The translations under genes were made by a program, and so were the position numbers. From Octopus bimaculoides (taxonomy: Eukaryota): DNA of 64,000 bases. The stretch is taken from NCBI RefSeq assembly GCF_001194135.2, contig NC_068989.1, forward strand, positions 73,486,485 through 73,550,484, read 5' to 3'. Positions within the stretch are counted from its first letter, which is position 1. Each line of letters begins with the position of its first letter. This document shows positions 1 through 11,712 of this stretch, one piece after another. The notes under the pieces were generated by a model. It worked only from the letters and a program-made list of their open reading frames with translations. It was not told the DNA's origin and searched no databases.

Positions 1-67
1 GGAATCGAAACCGCGATCCTATGACCGCGAGTTCGCTGCCCTAACCACTGGGCCATTGCGCCTCCAC
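1..67 (-). mobile_element. tRNA-derived SINE family B, 5' head (cut by window edge)
   Basis: Reverse complement GTGGAGGCGCAATGGCCCAGTGGTTAGGGCAGCGAACTCGCGGTCATAGGATCGCGGTTTCGATTCC has A-box-like (TGGCCCAGTGG) and B-box-like (GGTTTCGATTCC) motifs. It is near-identical to the heads at 23341-23428, 41075-41150 and 41920-41984. Confidence 0.8.
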
Positions 68-349
68 GCATGGACAGATACATATGTAGTATATCATATA
101 TGTACGTACGTAGTATACCATTGTAAGATTTGGACTCAAAACTCTATGTTACTAAATCCATTTGTGTTACCACTTAAAATGCTGTAGCCTAACTAAATAT
201 TTGATCCGACAATGTTCTCATGTGTCCATCTTTGGCAAATCTCTATGACTAAATATACATGTACTGCAGGCTGTGTATTTATTACCAAGAGCAGATGGAA
301 TGGGGGGGGGGAAGTTAAGCTTGTGTATACTCGCATTTCATAAACAACT

Positions 350-510
350 TCATCATCATTATCATCATCAACATCACCATCAGCACCTTCATCATTTCCA
401 CCATCATGAACGTCATCACTGTCCATTATCAGCTTCATCATTATCACCATCATCATCACTATGAACACCATCAGTTACTGTTGTCCTCCTCGCCGTCATC
501 GCCATCGTTA
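350..510. repeat. Degenerate (CAT)n/(CAC)n low-complexity tract
   Basis: Imperfect CAT/CAC triplets; these explain the His-rich and Asp/Met-rich track ORFs. Confidence 0.85.
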
Positions 511-711
511 CTCTGTGATTGCTCAGTTTCGAAAAATATTTATTTTCGCACGAGAATTTATTATAAACATATTTATTTATCTATTAAAATTTTTTTTTTG
601 TTGTTATTTTCTGAGAATTGATGTATGTTACTCTGTAGATAAGGTTGCAAAGTTGTATAATTTTGCGTGGGTGAGTTTATATTTGTATATTCATATATGT
701 GAGTGTGCATT

Positions 712-747
<36 letters not shown>

Positions 748-984
748 TGGATTCATAACTTCCACACAAGCAAACAGTCAAGAAGGTAATTTATGTTACT
801 ATAGTGGAAGGATGTCTAAAATGGAATGCTGGCTTTGCTTACGCCTCCTTTTAAAATCATCATCATCATCATCATTATTATCGTCATAATTATCATTATC
901 AAGAAATGAATAATAGTTAGGGACTTTATATTTATTATATATTTACACAAGGTGCAGATTTATGATATTTATAATAGGTGTAGG

Positions 985-1156
985 AGTGGTAGTGTGGTAA
1001 GTAGCTTGCTTACCAACCACATGGCTCCGGGTTCATTCCTACTGCGTGGCAGCTTGGGCAAGTGTCTTCTACTATAGCCTCGGCCGACCAAAGCCTTATG
1101 AGTGGATTTGGTAGACGGAAACTGAAAGAAGCCTGTCGTATATATGTATATATATA
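985..1156 (+). mobile_element. SINE family A, 5' half (tRNA-like head and CORE-like segment), running into (TA)n and an N gap
   Basis: GTGTGGTAAGTAGCTTGCTTACCAACCACATGG...GGGTTCATTCCTACTGCGTGGCAGCTTGGGCAAGTGTCTTCTACTATAGCC matches the full copy at 22263-22706. Confidence 0.85.
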
Positions 1157-1683
1157 NNNNNNNNNNNNNNNNNNNNNNNNNNNNNNNNNNNNNNNNNNNN
1201 NNNNNNNNNNNNNNNNNNNNNNNNNNNNNNNNNNNNNNNNNNNNNNNNNNNNNNNNNNNNNNNNNNNNNNNNNNNNNNNNNNNNNNNNNNNNNNNNNNNN
1301 NNNNNNNNNNNNNNNNNNNNNNNNNNNNNNNNNNNNNNNNNNNNNNNNNNNNNNNNNNNNNNNNNNNNNNNNNNNNNNNNNNNNNNNNNNNNNNNNNNNN
1401 NNNNNNNNNNNNNNNNNNNNNNNNNNNNNNNNNNNNNNNNNNNNNNNNNNNNNNNNNNNNNNNNNNNNNNNNNNNNNNNNNNNNNNNNNNNNNNNNNNNN
1501 NNNNNNNNNNNNNNNNNNNNNNNNNNNNNNNNNNNNNNNNNNNNNNNNNNNNNNNNNNNNNNNNNNNNNNNNNNNNNNNNNNNNNNNNNNNNNNNNNNNN
1601 NNNNNNNNNNNNNNNNNNNNNNNNNNNNNNNNNNNNNNNNNNNNNNNNNNNNNNNNNNNNNNNNNNNNNNNNNNNNNNNNNNN
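1157..1683. other. Assembly gap (N-run); other gaps at 4464-5127, 8674-8902, 11621-11630, 31078-32063, 38417-38567 and 53310-53523
   Basis: Runs of N seen directly. Most are flanked by (TA)n or (TG)n. Confidence 0.99.
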
Positions 1684-1729
1684 CCTTTGAAATCCGTGTT
1701 GCTTATTTTTTTAATTTTAATCACCTATC

Positions 1730-1890
1730 CTTTTGGGAAAATGGTACTTGTTTCTTTGACTCCAAAAAGATGAAAGGCAAAGTCGACCTCAATGGCATTT
1801 GAATTCAGAATGTAAAGATGGACAAAATGCTTGCTAAGCACTTTTTCTGCATGCTAACAATTCTGTCAGGTCACCATATTAATAATAATA

Positions 1891-1938
<48 letters not shown>

Positions 1939-2140
1939 GTTTCAAAATTTGCCACAAGGGGGAGGGAAGGGGTGAGTTGATTACATCGACCCCAATGTTC
2001 AGCTGGTACTTATTTTATCAACCCTGAAAGGATGAAGGGCAAAGTTGACCTTGCCGGAATTCGAACTCAGAATGTAGTGATGGGCAAAATATCGTTAAGC
2101 ATTTCACCCAGGGCACTAACGATTCTGTCAGCTCACCACC
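1730..2140 (-). mobile_element. Two adjacent copies of SINE family C with (ATT)n tails
   Basis: Both contain GATGAA(A/G)GGCAAAGT(C/T)GACCT...GAA(C/T)TCAGAATGTA...GCTAAC(A/G)ATTCTG(T)CAG(C/G)TCACC, separated by an (AAT)n tract. The same body recurs at about 15180-15372, 22785-22915, 25500-25712, 26247-26450 and 35520-35705. Confidence 0.75.
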
Positions 2141-2211
2141 TTATTAGTAATAACAACAATAATAATAATAATAATCATAATAAACATAATAATAATAATG
2201 ATAATAATAAA

Positions 2212-2750
2212 TGTCCTGATGCAATAGCAGGCTGTGGCTCTCATGGCTTCTGATTTTAACTGATTGGAAGTGTTATCATGTACATGTTTTGTCTAGGTGT
2301 AAAAGATGGGTTACTGCACATATTCTGCTCAATCAAGTGTTTGACCGTAACCAGTTTGAACATGTCCCTCAGTGGCTGATGATATGTGCATTTCTGATCA
2401 TGAGCAAGAATTGTAAGGGAGCATCATAGCCATGTGTTGAGAGGAATTCTTTCGGATTTGAATAATTCACCTCTGGAAACATGGGCATTTCATTTATCAT
2501 CCTTAAACAACTCTTATTCAGGGATCTTTTGAGCAGGATGGGCTACTCAATGTGAAGAAAATTCTAACTGGGTCCCACCTGCAATGTTATGTGCTGTTTA
2601 TCTTGATATGAGATCACCATGTAGTTCACATTTGGTTGTGATTTATGTGCCTGGTGCACCCTTATCAGATGGGTATTCATGATGGGTATATTGGGCCTCG
2701 TATACGTGTACCCCAGCTTCACTTTGATGGCATGTGCTGCTCTCTCACTC
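2212..2750 (+). mobile_element. Non-coding interspersed element 'H' (about 540 bp) next to an (AAT)n tract
   Basis: Aligns by eye with 25746-26184 over about 430 bp and shares the right end CTGCTCTCTCACTC. No credible ORF. Confidence 0.75.
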
Positions 2751-2989
2751 ATTGATAATAATAGTAAAATATGGAAGTGTGTATGGGTATCTAAATAAAA
2801 AGATAAACATTTGGTTGAACTTTATTCTTGTGACCTACTTAAGTACTTCTGTTGTATTTTTTGTCATTCCTTATCTGAGAGTCTTATTCAATAAATATAT
2901 ATAAAATTGAACTCATTGTCTTATAAGTATTTCGTTTGATTAATATGTAGCATTGTGGTGTAAAATTACTTTGCTGTTTAGTATCTTCT

Positions 2990-3216
2990 TTAACCCTTTA
3001 GTTTTCAGATTATTCTATCAAATGTAATGCTAATGTATTAACATTGTTTTCAATCTATCATCCTTATCTCTAAGCTTTGAGATTTTTATGATGTGGTTCT
3101 ATATTTTCAGAATGACATCATAGGGTTGGTGTAAGAGGCCTGGTCTGGCCAATTTAAACATAAAACTCGTAGAGTATTTGAGCCAGATATGGCCTGTTTG
3201 AATACTAGAGGGTTAA
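2990..3216 (+). mobile_element. TTAA-flanked piggyBac-like MITE, copy 1
   Basis: TTAA-CCCTTTAG...CTAGAGGG-TTAA; the interior matches copies at 20048, 27800, 39218 and 41987. Confidence 0.75.
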
Positions 3217-3254
3217 ACCAAACTTAGTTCAGTTATGAAATTCTGTGAACAACC

Positions 3255-3660
3255 AGTACCGTCCGAGCATGATCTGCCAGAGCAGCTGTCTGGCTTCTGT
3301 GCCAGTGGCACGTAAATAGCACCATTTGAGCGTGATCGTTACCAGCGTCGCCTTACTGGCACTTGTGCCGGTGGCACGTGAAAAAACATTCGAGCAAGGT
3401 CATTGCCAGTGCCGCTGGACAGGCTCTTTTGCTGAACCACTAAGTTACAGGGACGTAAACACACCAACACCAGTTGTCAAGTGATGGTGGGGGTGGGGCA
3501 AACACAGACACACAAACATATACTTATATATATATGTGATGAGCTTCTTTCAGTTTGTGTCTATCAAATCCACTCACAAGGCTTTGGTCGGCCCGAGACT
3601 ATACCAGAACCATGTGGTTAGAACGTAAGCTTCTTGCCACACAGCTACTCCTGCGCCTAT
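3255..3660. mobile_element. Composite: RTE 3'UTR module fragment (+) joined to a deleted SINE A (-)
   Basis: GTGCCGGTGGCACGT modules at 3298 and 3364, followed by the reverse complement of the SINE A body and head. Confidence 0.65.
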
Positions 3661-5135
3661 ATATGTACACATATACATTCACTGATGCACCCGTATGCAC
3701 ATATATTTAAGTGTATATGCACAAGTTAAAAATCTAAAGCTCAAGATAAAAACCAATCAGTGTTTTTTTTCTTTCTTTCTTTAAAGGCTTAGTTGGAAGG
3801 AACAGATGTCTGAGATTAGCAGAGAGGAAGTTGTACTTTGGACTGGAGACCTGGCATGATTGCTTGCAACAAACTAATGATTGCTAAAGGCACCCAAGTA
3901 CCATGTAGCAGCATTAAGCTGGATCATAGATTCAGTTCTTTCTGTCTAAAACTCAGTTATTAAAGTACACATAATTGGTTGAGGTTATGATCAATCATAA
4001 TGAAAAGTGAATTCCTGCATCTCATTTCAATAAATTCTGCCTAAAATATTATCAAAGTCAGAATTAGTGGTTTGTTAGGGAACATTAGTCGTCAGTGAAA
4101 TTGATTTGTTTCAGATGTCGAAATTTTACAAAAATCCTATTCCAAAGCTAGCATGGAATTATATAAATAGAAAATAAATGTAAGATAAACAACAGCAGCA
4201 ACTAAAAAAAAAACAGGGACGGGGTTTGTTTGGCTGTTTGCTGTTATTTATTTATTTTTTTTTACCTTACAACCAAATCTTGTCATTACAATATTGAAAT
4301 TAATTGAATAATTAATTATTTAATTAATCAAGATAGTTTCTGGGAAACTTGTTGTTATTGTTGGTGGTGGTGGTGGTGGTGGTAGCATAGGAGAGGGTGG
4401 TATTATAGATTCATGTAAACTGAAAGTGGTTGTTATATAAGAAAAAACAGAGGAAGAGAGAAANNNNNNNNNNNNNNNNNNNNNNNNNNNNNNNNNNNNN
4501 NNNNNNNNNNNNNNNNNNNNNNNNNNNNNNNNNNNNNNNNNNNNNNNNNNNNNNNNNNNNNNNNNNNNNNNNNNNNNNNNNNNNNNNNNNNNNNNNNNNN
4601 NNNNNNNNNNNNNNNNNNNNNNNNNNNNNNNNNNNNNNNNNNNNNNNNNNNNNNNNNNNNNNNNNNNNNNNNNNNNNNNNNNNNNNNNNNNNNNNNNNNN
4701 NNNNNNNNNNNNNNNNNNNNNNNNNNNNNNNNNNNNNNNNNNNNNNNNNNNNNNNNNNNNNNNNNNNNNNNNNNNNNNNNNNNNNNNNNNNNNNNNNNNN
4801 NNNNNNNNNNNNNNNNNNNNNNNNNNNNNNNNNNNNNNNNNNNNNNNNNNNNNNNNNNNNNNNNNNNNNNNNNNNNNNNNNNNNNNNNNNNNNNNNNNNN
4901 NNNNNNNNNNNNNNNNNNNNNNNNNNNNNNNNNNNNNNNNNNNNNNNNNNNNNNNNNNNNNNNNNNNNNNNNNNNNNNNNNNNNNNNNNNNNNNNNNNNN
5001 NNNNNNNNNNNNNNNNNNNNNNNNNNNNNNNNNNNNNNNNNNNNNNNNNNNNNNNNNNNNNNNNNNNNNNNNNNNNNNNNNNNNNNNNNNNNNNNNNNNN
5101 NNNNNNNNNNNNNNNNNNNNNNNNNNCCCTGTTGA

Positions 5136-5205
<70 letters not shown>

Positions 5206-5207
<2 letters not shown>

Positions 5208-5602
5208 AAACATGAGATGAAGTACTGAAAAATGACTTCAGGAGGCTGAACCTTTCAGGTAAGATGACAAAGGACTGAGATACCTGGCACCTGACCATAC
5301 TCAAGAAGATCAGTAGTCCACAACAGAAGTGTTAAGACTGATCCTGTTGGTGGTGTGAAGCATTCATGGTAATGCCACGTAAACAGTCCATGCAGTGCCA
5401 TTTAAAAGCACCCGTATGGTGCCATGTAAAAGCACCCATATGGTGCCATGTAAAAGCACCCAACACACTCTGTAAAGTGGTTGGTGTTAGGAAGGGCATC
5501 GAGCTGTAGAAACTATGCTGGAGTCTGGTGCAGCTGGCCAGCCCTGGTCAAACCATCCAACCCATGCCAGCATGGATAACAGACATTAAATGATGATGAT
5601 GA
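5206..5602 (+). mobile_element. RTE-clade LINE 3' end (degraded ORF2 C-terminus, 3'UTR, (GAT)n tail)
   Basis: Translates as KT*DEVLKNDFRRLNLSGKMTKD*DTWHLTILKK, similar to the ORF2 end seen at 18.9 kb, then GGTTGGTGTTAGGAAGGGCATC...CCAACCCATGCCAGCATGG...TTAAATGATGATGAT. Confidence 0.75.
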
Positions 5603-5891
5603 TTCCATTGTCCATTTTTCTTTGCTTACCACATAATTACAAAGCAAACTTCTTAACCACATACTTACCAAGTTATTGTGGAATGAATTTTTTCACTACA
5701 CAATTTTGCCTCTGACTGAAGCAGTTGCAGAAGAAAGAAATTATATGAGGACAAATTATAGTTAAACAAATTTAAATAAAACTATTGACCTTAATACTTA
5801 TTTCAGACAGGCAATGATTTTATAGATCTCTAATTATTGAATCATTGTTATGCTTTTTAACATCAGATCAGTTTATGATAGATATAAACAT

Positions 5892-5960
<69 letters not shown>

Positions 5961-7288
5961 TATATCATATTTAATAATAATTAGATATTCTTAATAGCTA
6001 TATTTATATGCATGATGTTAAATCAAATATTTTGAAGTCACAATCAAACTTTTGTAATGTAATCAGAAATAGAGTCAGTGTGACATAATGCATTAAAAGT
6101 TTGTCCTTTTGTATTACTGGTATGGACTGTAAGCAAGCTGACACAGTACCTTCTAAGTTTTAGTCAATGATTATTGACTATGTGTATGCATGATGTAAAA
6201 TTAATTATTATGAAGTCACAAGCAAACTTATTTAATGTATTCTAAAACAGAATTAGTGTGATGCAGTGTGTTAAAGGTTAGTGATTTGGATTACTGGTAC
6301 TATCCATTTGACAGTCTTTCGCATAATTTCTGTCAACCCATTTTCACCTGCACCTGAGTCTGTGGTAGAAGATAGCTGCACAAAGATGCTGTGCAGTAGC
6401 ATTGAACTGGTCAACTTGTGATTGTGAAGCAAATTTCTTAGTCATTCAGCTATGCTCGCACTCACGGATACTTACAAGTACACAAACATACACATACATC
6501 ACATGCACACACACACACACACACACACGACATATATATGCCATTTCCATATACATACATTCATGTTAAGTGTTAAGGTTTGTTTAAATTTTCTGTGAGA
6601 GAACATTATTTCTTAGTGGTAGACATTCTTGCTCTATGTATGTCTATATAAATGCAGTGTAGGTATGTATATATGTATGAATGTGTAATCTGCCTGTATA
6701 TTTCTATTTATATATATTTATACACACACATGTCTGTATATATAATATATATATATATTTATGCATATACATATATATCTATATCTATCTATCTTTCTAA
6801 CTACACACACACATAGTCCTATCTATCTATAGACTTATAGAAATGTATATCTTCTACAGACATTAAAAGGAGTAGTAAATAAAAACATCATCTAAATCCC
6901 TCAGTAATACACTCAAGGATCTTTGTTCAGAACTGCTAATGCTTTATGGCATTATCTGATGAAAGATAAATCTCTCCCTTGATATTATAGGCAAAGCATT
7001 GCAAGTATCACCCCAAGCAATCTCTTATACATTTACAACAGCTTTATTATCTGAAGCGCATTAATTTATGGAGTCTTGCTGAAATATGCTGCCAAATGTT
7101 AGCAACCAGATTTGAACTTGGGATCTGTGAGATGATAATTCAATACCTTTATTCACCTGGCCATTTCAACTCTTTGATGTGAACATAGTTTGCTCAGATC
7201 TCAGTATGCATTAATCACTCTATGCACTCCACACTTTCTAGTTCTCTTTATATCTGCTATTCTAGATTATTTATTTTCTGGTCAGCTT

Positions 7289-7663
7289 TATTACCTGTGT
7301 CTTAGCGAATGTGGCGGTATTATTTTCAGTCGTGTTTGTTTGTTTGTTCTTCCGTGGACAAGATATCTCAAGAACCAATGGATGGATTTGGATGAAACTT
7401 TCAGGGATGTTTTTCCTCATGACTGGCACAAACTGATTAGATTTTGGGATTGATCTGGTACCTAGCAAGGATTCAGGATTATTTTTCCGTTTTTTTTTTT
7501 TACTTAATTTTCGAGAGTGGTCGGATTCATTTTTAGTATTCTCGTTTGTGAGAGCAGTTGAGTTTATTTCAGATATTCTCATTTTAAAAATAATCTCTGG
7601 TAAATCGTTGAGAGGACGTTGGTGTTGCCTTGGCGGAGGTTTGCACTCTCTGAGTGCTCTTGT
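7289..7663 (+). mobile_element. Helentron/DINE-1-like non-autonomous element 'G', copy 1
   Basis: (GTTT)n near the 5' end, sub-terminal GGCGGAGGT at 7632-7640, then the hairpin GCACTC-TCT-GAGTGC at 7643-7657. Reverse complement of the copies at 29439 and 59220. Confidence 0.65.
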
Positions 7664-8169
7664 GTTTGAATGGTTCTCAATGCTGTTTAGTTCAACTCTG
7701 ATAAAGCAAATCTAATGATCGAATTTATTCCAGCTATGGCTGTCTCATTTTATTTTCAGTCATAATATCTAGAGTATCCTATTTTTGAGATTGCAGTGTG
7801 TGATTTCAAAGGTCATTTGGCTGTTATTTCTAGTAGGTTAAGATATGGTATTGTCATATAAAGTCTCTCTTGTTGGCTCAGTTTATGCATTGCCATTTTA
7901 GGAAAGTTATTATCTATTAAAGCATTTATAGTGTAAGTTTAGTACAAAAGAACCTTAATCTCAAGAGGTGAAGTAACAATTAATAAAACTTCAATAAAAC
8001 TTCAAGTTGCAATAAAGAAAATATATGAGTATGTCTGTGTGTGTGTAAATATAACTACACACACACACACGCACACATACATGCATATATACATAATGAC
8101 ACACTAGCATGTGTACATATATGCATTATTTCACCCATACATACATGCACATACACACACAAACAAACC

Positions 8170-8205
<36 letters not shown>

Positions 8206-8302
8206 ACTTACAGATGAAGAAACTGTAGACAGATAGATGGAAACTGAGCAATAATCCCTTTTGTGTGTGTGTGTGTATGTATGTATGTATTTATCTGTGT
8301 CT

Positions 8303-8337
<35 letters not shown>

Positions 8338-8351
8338 CAAAGTGGGTGAGT

Positions 8352-8657
8352 TTCTTTCGAGTGTTGAGCCTCATGGAAGCAATGACTGAAACCTTTGACA
8401 TTATGTCGTGCTTGAGAAGAAGACCCATTGAGCTGAGCAAAATCACAGTCATGGCAGATACTGGTGTCACACAAACGGCACCTGTGCCAATGGTACGTAA
8501 AAGCACCCATTACACTCTCGGAGTGGTTGGCATTAGGAAGGGTATCCAGCCATAGAAAGCCATGCCAAATCAGACTGAAATTTGGTGCAGCTCTGGTCAA
8601 ACCGTCCAACCAGTGCCAGCATGGACAACAGATGTAAAATGATGATGATGATGATGA
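8352..8657 (+). mobile_element. RTE-clade LINE 3' end
   Basis: Degraded ORF2 end (RVLSLMEAMT...), then the 3'UTR motif GTAAAAGCACCCATTACACTCTCGGAGTGGTTGGCATTAGGAAGGG and an (ATG)n tail. Confidence 0.75.
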
Positions 8658-8902
8658 TACACATACATACATANNNNNNNNNNNNNNNNNNNNNNNNNNN
8701 NNNNNNNNNNNNNNNNNNNNNNNNNNNNNNNNNNNNNNNNNNNNNNNNNNNNNNNNNNNNNNNNNNNNNNNNNNNNNNNNNNNNNNNNNNNNNNNNNNNN
8801 NNNNNNNNNNNNNNNNNNNNNNNNNNNNNNNNNNNNNNNNNNNNNNNNNNNNNNNNNNNNNNNNNNNNNNNNNNNNNNNNNNNNNNNNNNNNNNNNNNNN
8901 NN

Positions 8903-8953
<51 letters not shown>

Positions 8954-9751
8954 TACACACATATATATATATATATATACACACATTCATATACATTCAC
9001 ACACACCACACCACAGACACAGACAAGCACATTTCAAAAGTTTAATTGTAACTTCAAAATATTGAATTTTATATCATGCATGTATATATATGTAGTCATT
9101 AAGAATATGTAATTATTATCAAATATAATATATAAATGTGTGCATCCATCTATATTTATGTCTGTGTTTATATTTACTGTTGTAAATTGGCCTGGCGTTA
9201 ACAGTTCAATAATTAGAGATCTATGAAATCACTACCTGTCTGAAATAAATACTGAGGTCAATATCATTGACCGACACCTTTGAAGGCATTGCCTCAGCTT
9301 GGCTACAGTCCAATAACTGAAACCATTTAAAAGACCATCAATGCGATAATATTTATTAAAAGAAATAAAGCAAAACACAAACAATGAAGTTGATAGTTAA
9401 AAATAATCATTTCCACACTTCCACCAAATCAATATAGTTTTAATTTTGTTCATTCATTTGTAATTTATCCGTGTTATATAATTTCTTTCCATTTTTTTTT
9501 TTTTTAACTGCTTTGGTTGTAGGTGGAATTGTGTGTGGTTAAGGAATTTGATTCATCATAAAAAAAATAAAAGAAAAAATTAAATGGTATTATTGTGCAA
9601 CCACCTGATTTCAGGTTCAGTCCCACTGTACAGTAGCTACTTGGGCAAGTGTCTTCTGCTACAATCTTGGCACACCGATGTTTTGTAAGTGAATTTGGTA
9701 GACAAAAACTGTATGGAAACCTGTTGTGTATGTGTGTGTATATGTGTGTGA

Positions 9752-10070
9752 GTGAAGACATGTGGCTTAGTGGTTAGGGTATTTACCTTGCGATCGTAAG
9801 GTCATGAGTTCAGTTCCCAGCAATGCGTTGTATCCTTGAGCAAGACACTTTATTTCATATTGCTCCAGTTCACGCAGCTGGCAAAAGCGAGTAGTGCCTG
9901 TATTTCAAAGGGCCGGCCTTGTCACATTCTGTGCCACACTGAATCTCCCCAGAGCTATGTCAAGGTTTCACATGTCTGTAGAGTTCTCTGCCACTTTCAC
10001 ATTAATTTCACGAGCAGGTTATTCTATTGATTGGCTCAACTGGAACCCTCATCGTCATAACTGATGGAGT
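9752..10070 (+). mobile_element. SINE with a different tRNA-like head and the family-B 3' body (B')
   Basis: Head GTGAAGACATGTGGCTTAGTGGTTAGGG...GAGTTCAGTTCCC; the 3' body ACATTAATTTCACGAGCAGG...CAACTGGAACCCTC is the reverse complement of SINE B at 23060-23140. Related copies at about 34878-35112 (+) and 44770-45095 (-). Confidence 0.65.
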
Positions 10071-11319
10071 CATAGTTTATGTGTATGTGTATGTATCTTT
10101 GAGTCTATGCTTGTCCCCACCTCATTGACACACACACACTCGGCTACTGGTGTTGGTTTGTTTATGTCACCATAACTTGGCAGTTTGGCGAAAGATACTG
10201 ATGAAATAAATACCAGACTTTAAAAGTAAGTACTAAGGTTGATCTGCTTAGCCAAAACCCTTCAAAATGGTACCTCACCATAGCTGCAGTTCAGTGACTA
10301 AAGCAAGTAAAAGATAAAAAAGAATCTAGAAGTTTGTGAGTGAAATTGGTTGATGAAAAATTTGTATGGGACCCCATTGAAAGAACTATATCTGTCTTTC
10401 AAGTGTTGGACTTAACCTGTTGCTTGGTATGACCCTGGTATCACATCTGGTCCTTGTGTAACTTTAGTGGAGTCTACCCTGTTGCAAGCATTCAGGCCAG
10501 GCCGTTTTTCTATGCTTACCTTCATTCTATCCTCCTACCAGCCTTAGAACTCCCTAACGTTGTCAGGGGCACTGTCTGTCCTCATTGTTGACTAATCTAA
10601 CAAAATAGAAATTAATAAACAAAACTTGTATGAAACTAACTGCTCTCCTTCGTATTTTCATCCTCCCTATTTTATTACCTCTTTGTGTGTGTGTGTGTGT
10701 GTGTTTCTTGAATGACTTCTATTTTAGTTTTGGTTCATGGTTGACTGTTTAATGACAAAAAGAGCATTAAAATGTAAAAATAATTTTCTATGTTAATAAT
10801 GCGGTCATCCAAATTTACAAACAGGTAAAAAAAAAAAAAATATATGAAATAGAAGAGGAAGACGAGCAAAGCTAACACCAAAAACAAACAAACAAACTAA
10901 CAAACAAAAATACATGCTTTCCAGTTATGTCAGTTAGCATGGCTATGAAAAGCAGCACCAGCATCAATACTTTTCAAACAATTAGCACTTAAGAAATTAA
11001 GTGATCACCAAACTAAATATAATATTGATTTCATTTCTGACAGAACACAATACCATCATTTGAATCAATCTGAACACATATTTATTTTATTAACCCTGAA
11101 AGGACAGGGCTGTTAAAAATCAATTTCTGCTGGATTTGAACTCAGATTGTTGGGAGTTGAAATGAAATACATTATTGTAATTAGGACCAGTGCCCTATGA
11201 ATTTTGCACTCAATTCCAGAACATGAAATGGTACTTCCTTTATTTTGTGTGTGTTGGTGGAGAAAGAAGTCTGCTGAAAGGAACTCTGTGCATTGCTTTT
11301 GCACTCTGAGACCAATGAA

Positions 11320-11520
11320 GTCCATATCTTTTATCTTTTACTTGTTTCAGTCATTGGACAGCAGCCATGCTGGAGCACCTCTTCGAAGGATTTTGTCGAA
11401 CACATCGACCCCAGTACTTTTTTATTTTCAAGTTTTATGATGCTTATTCTATTGGTCTCTTTTGCCAAACTGCTGTGTTCCGAAAATGTAAACAAACCAA
11501 CATGGGTTGTCAAGTGGTGG
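11320..11520 (-). mobile_element. SINE family A, 3' half
   Basis: TTTTACTTGTTTCAGTCATTGGAC...CATGCTGGAGCACC...CTTATTCTATTGGTCTCTTTTGCCAAAC, the reverse complement of 22520-22700. Confidence 0.75.
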
Positions 11521-11588
11521 TGGTCATGAACAAACATGCACAGGCACACACACTCATGCATGCACACACACATGTATATATACATACA

Positions 11589-11620
<32 letters not shown>

Positions 11621-11630
11621 NNNNNNNNNN

Positions 11631-11712
<82 letters not shown>

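Noticed and set aside
193-889. His-rich, Asp/Met-rich and CV-repeat ORFs
   Set aside because: Translations of (CAT)n and (TG)n low-complexity DNA.
969-5304. Long track ORFs (209-297 aa), and likewise 31015-32168, 38250-38695 and 53098-53827
   Set aside because: They span N-runs (X residues) and microsatellites, so they are not evidence of coding sequence.
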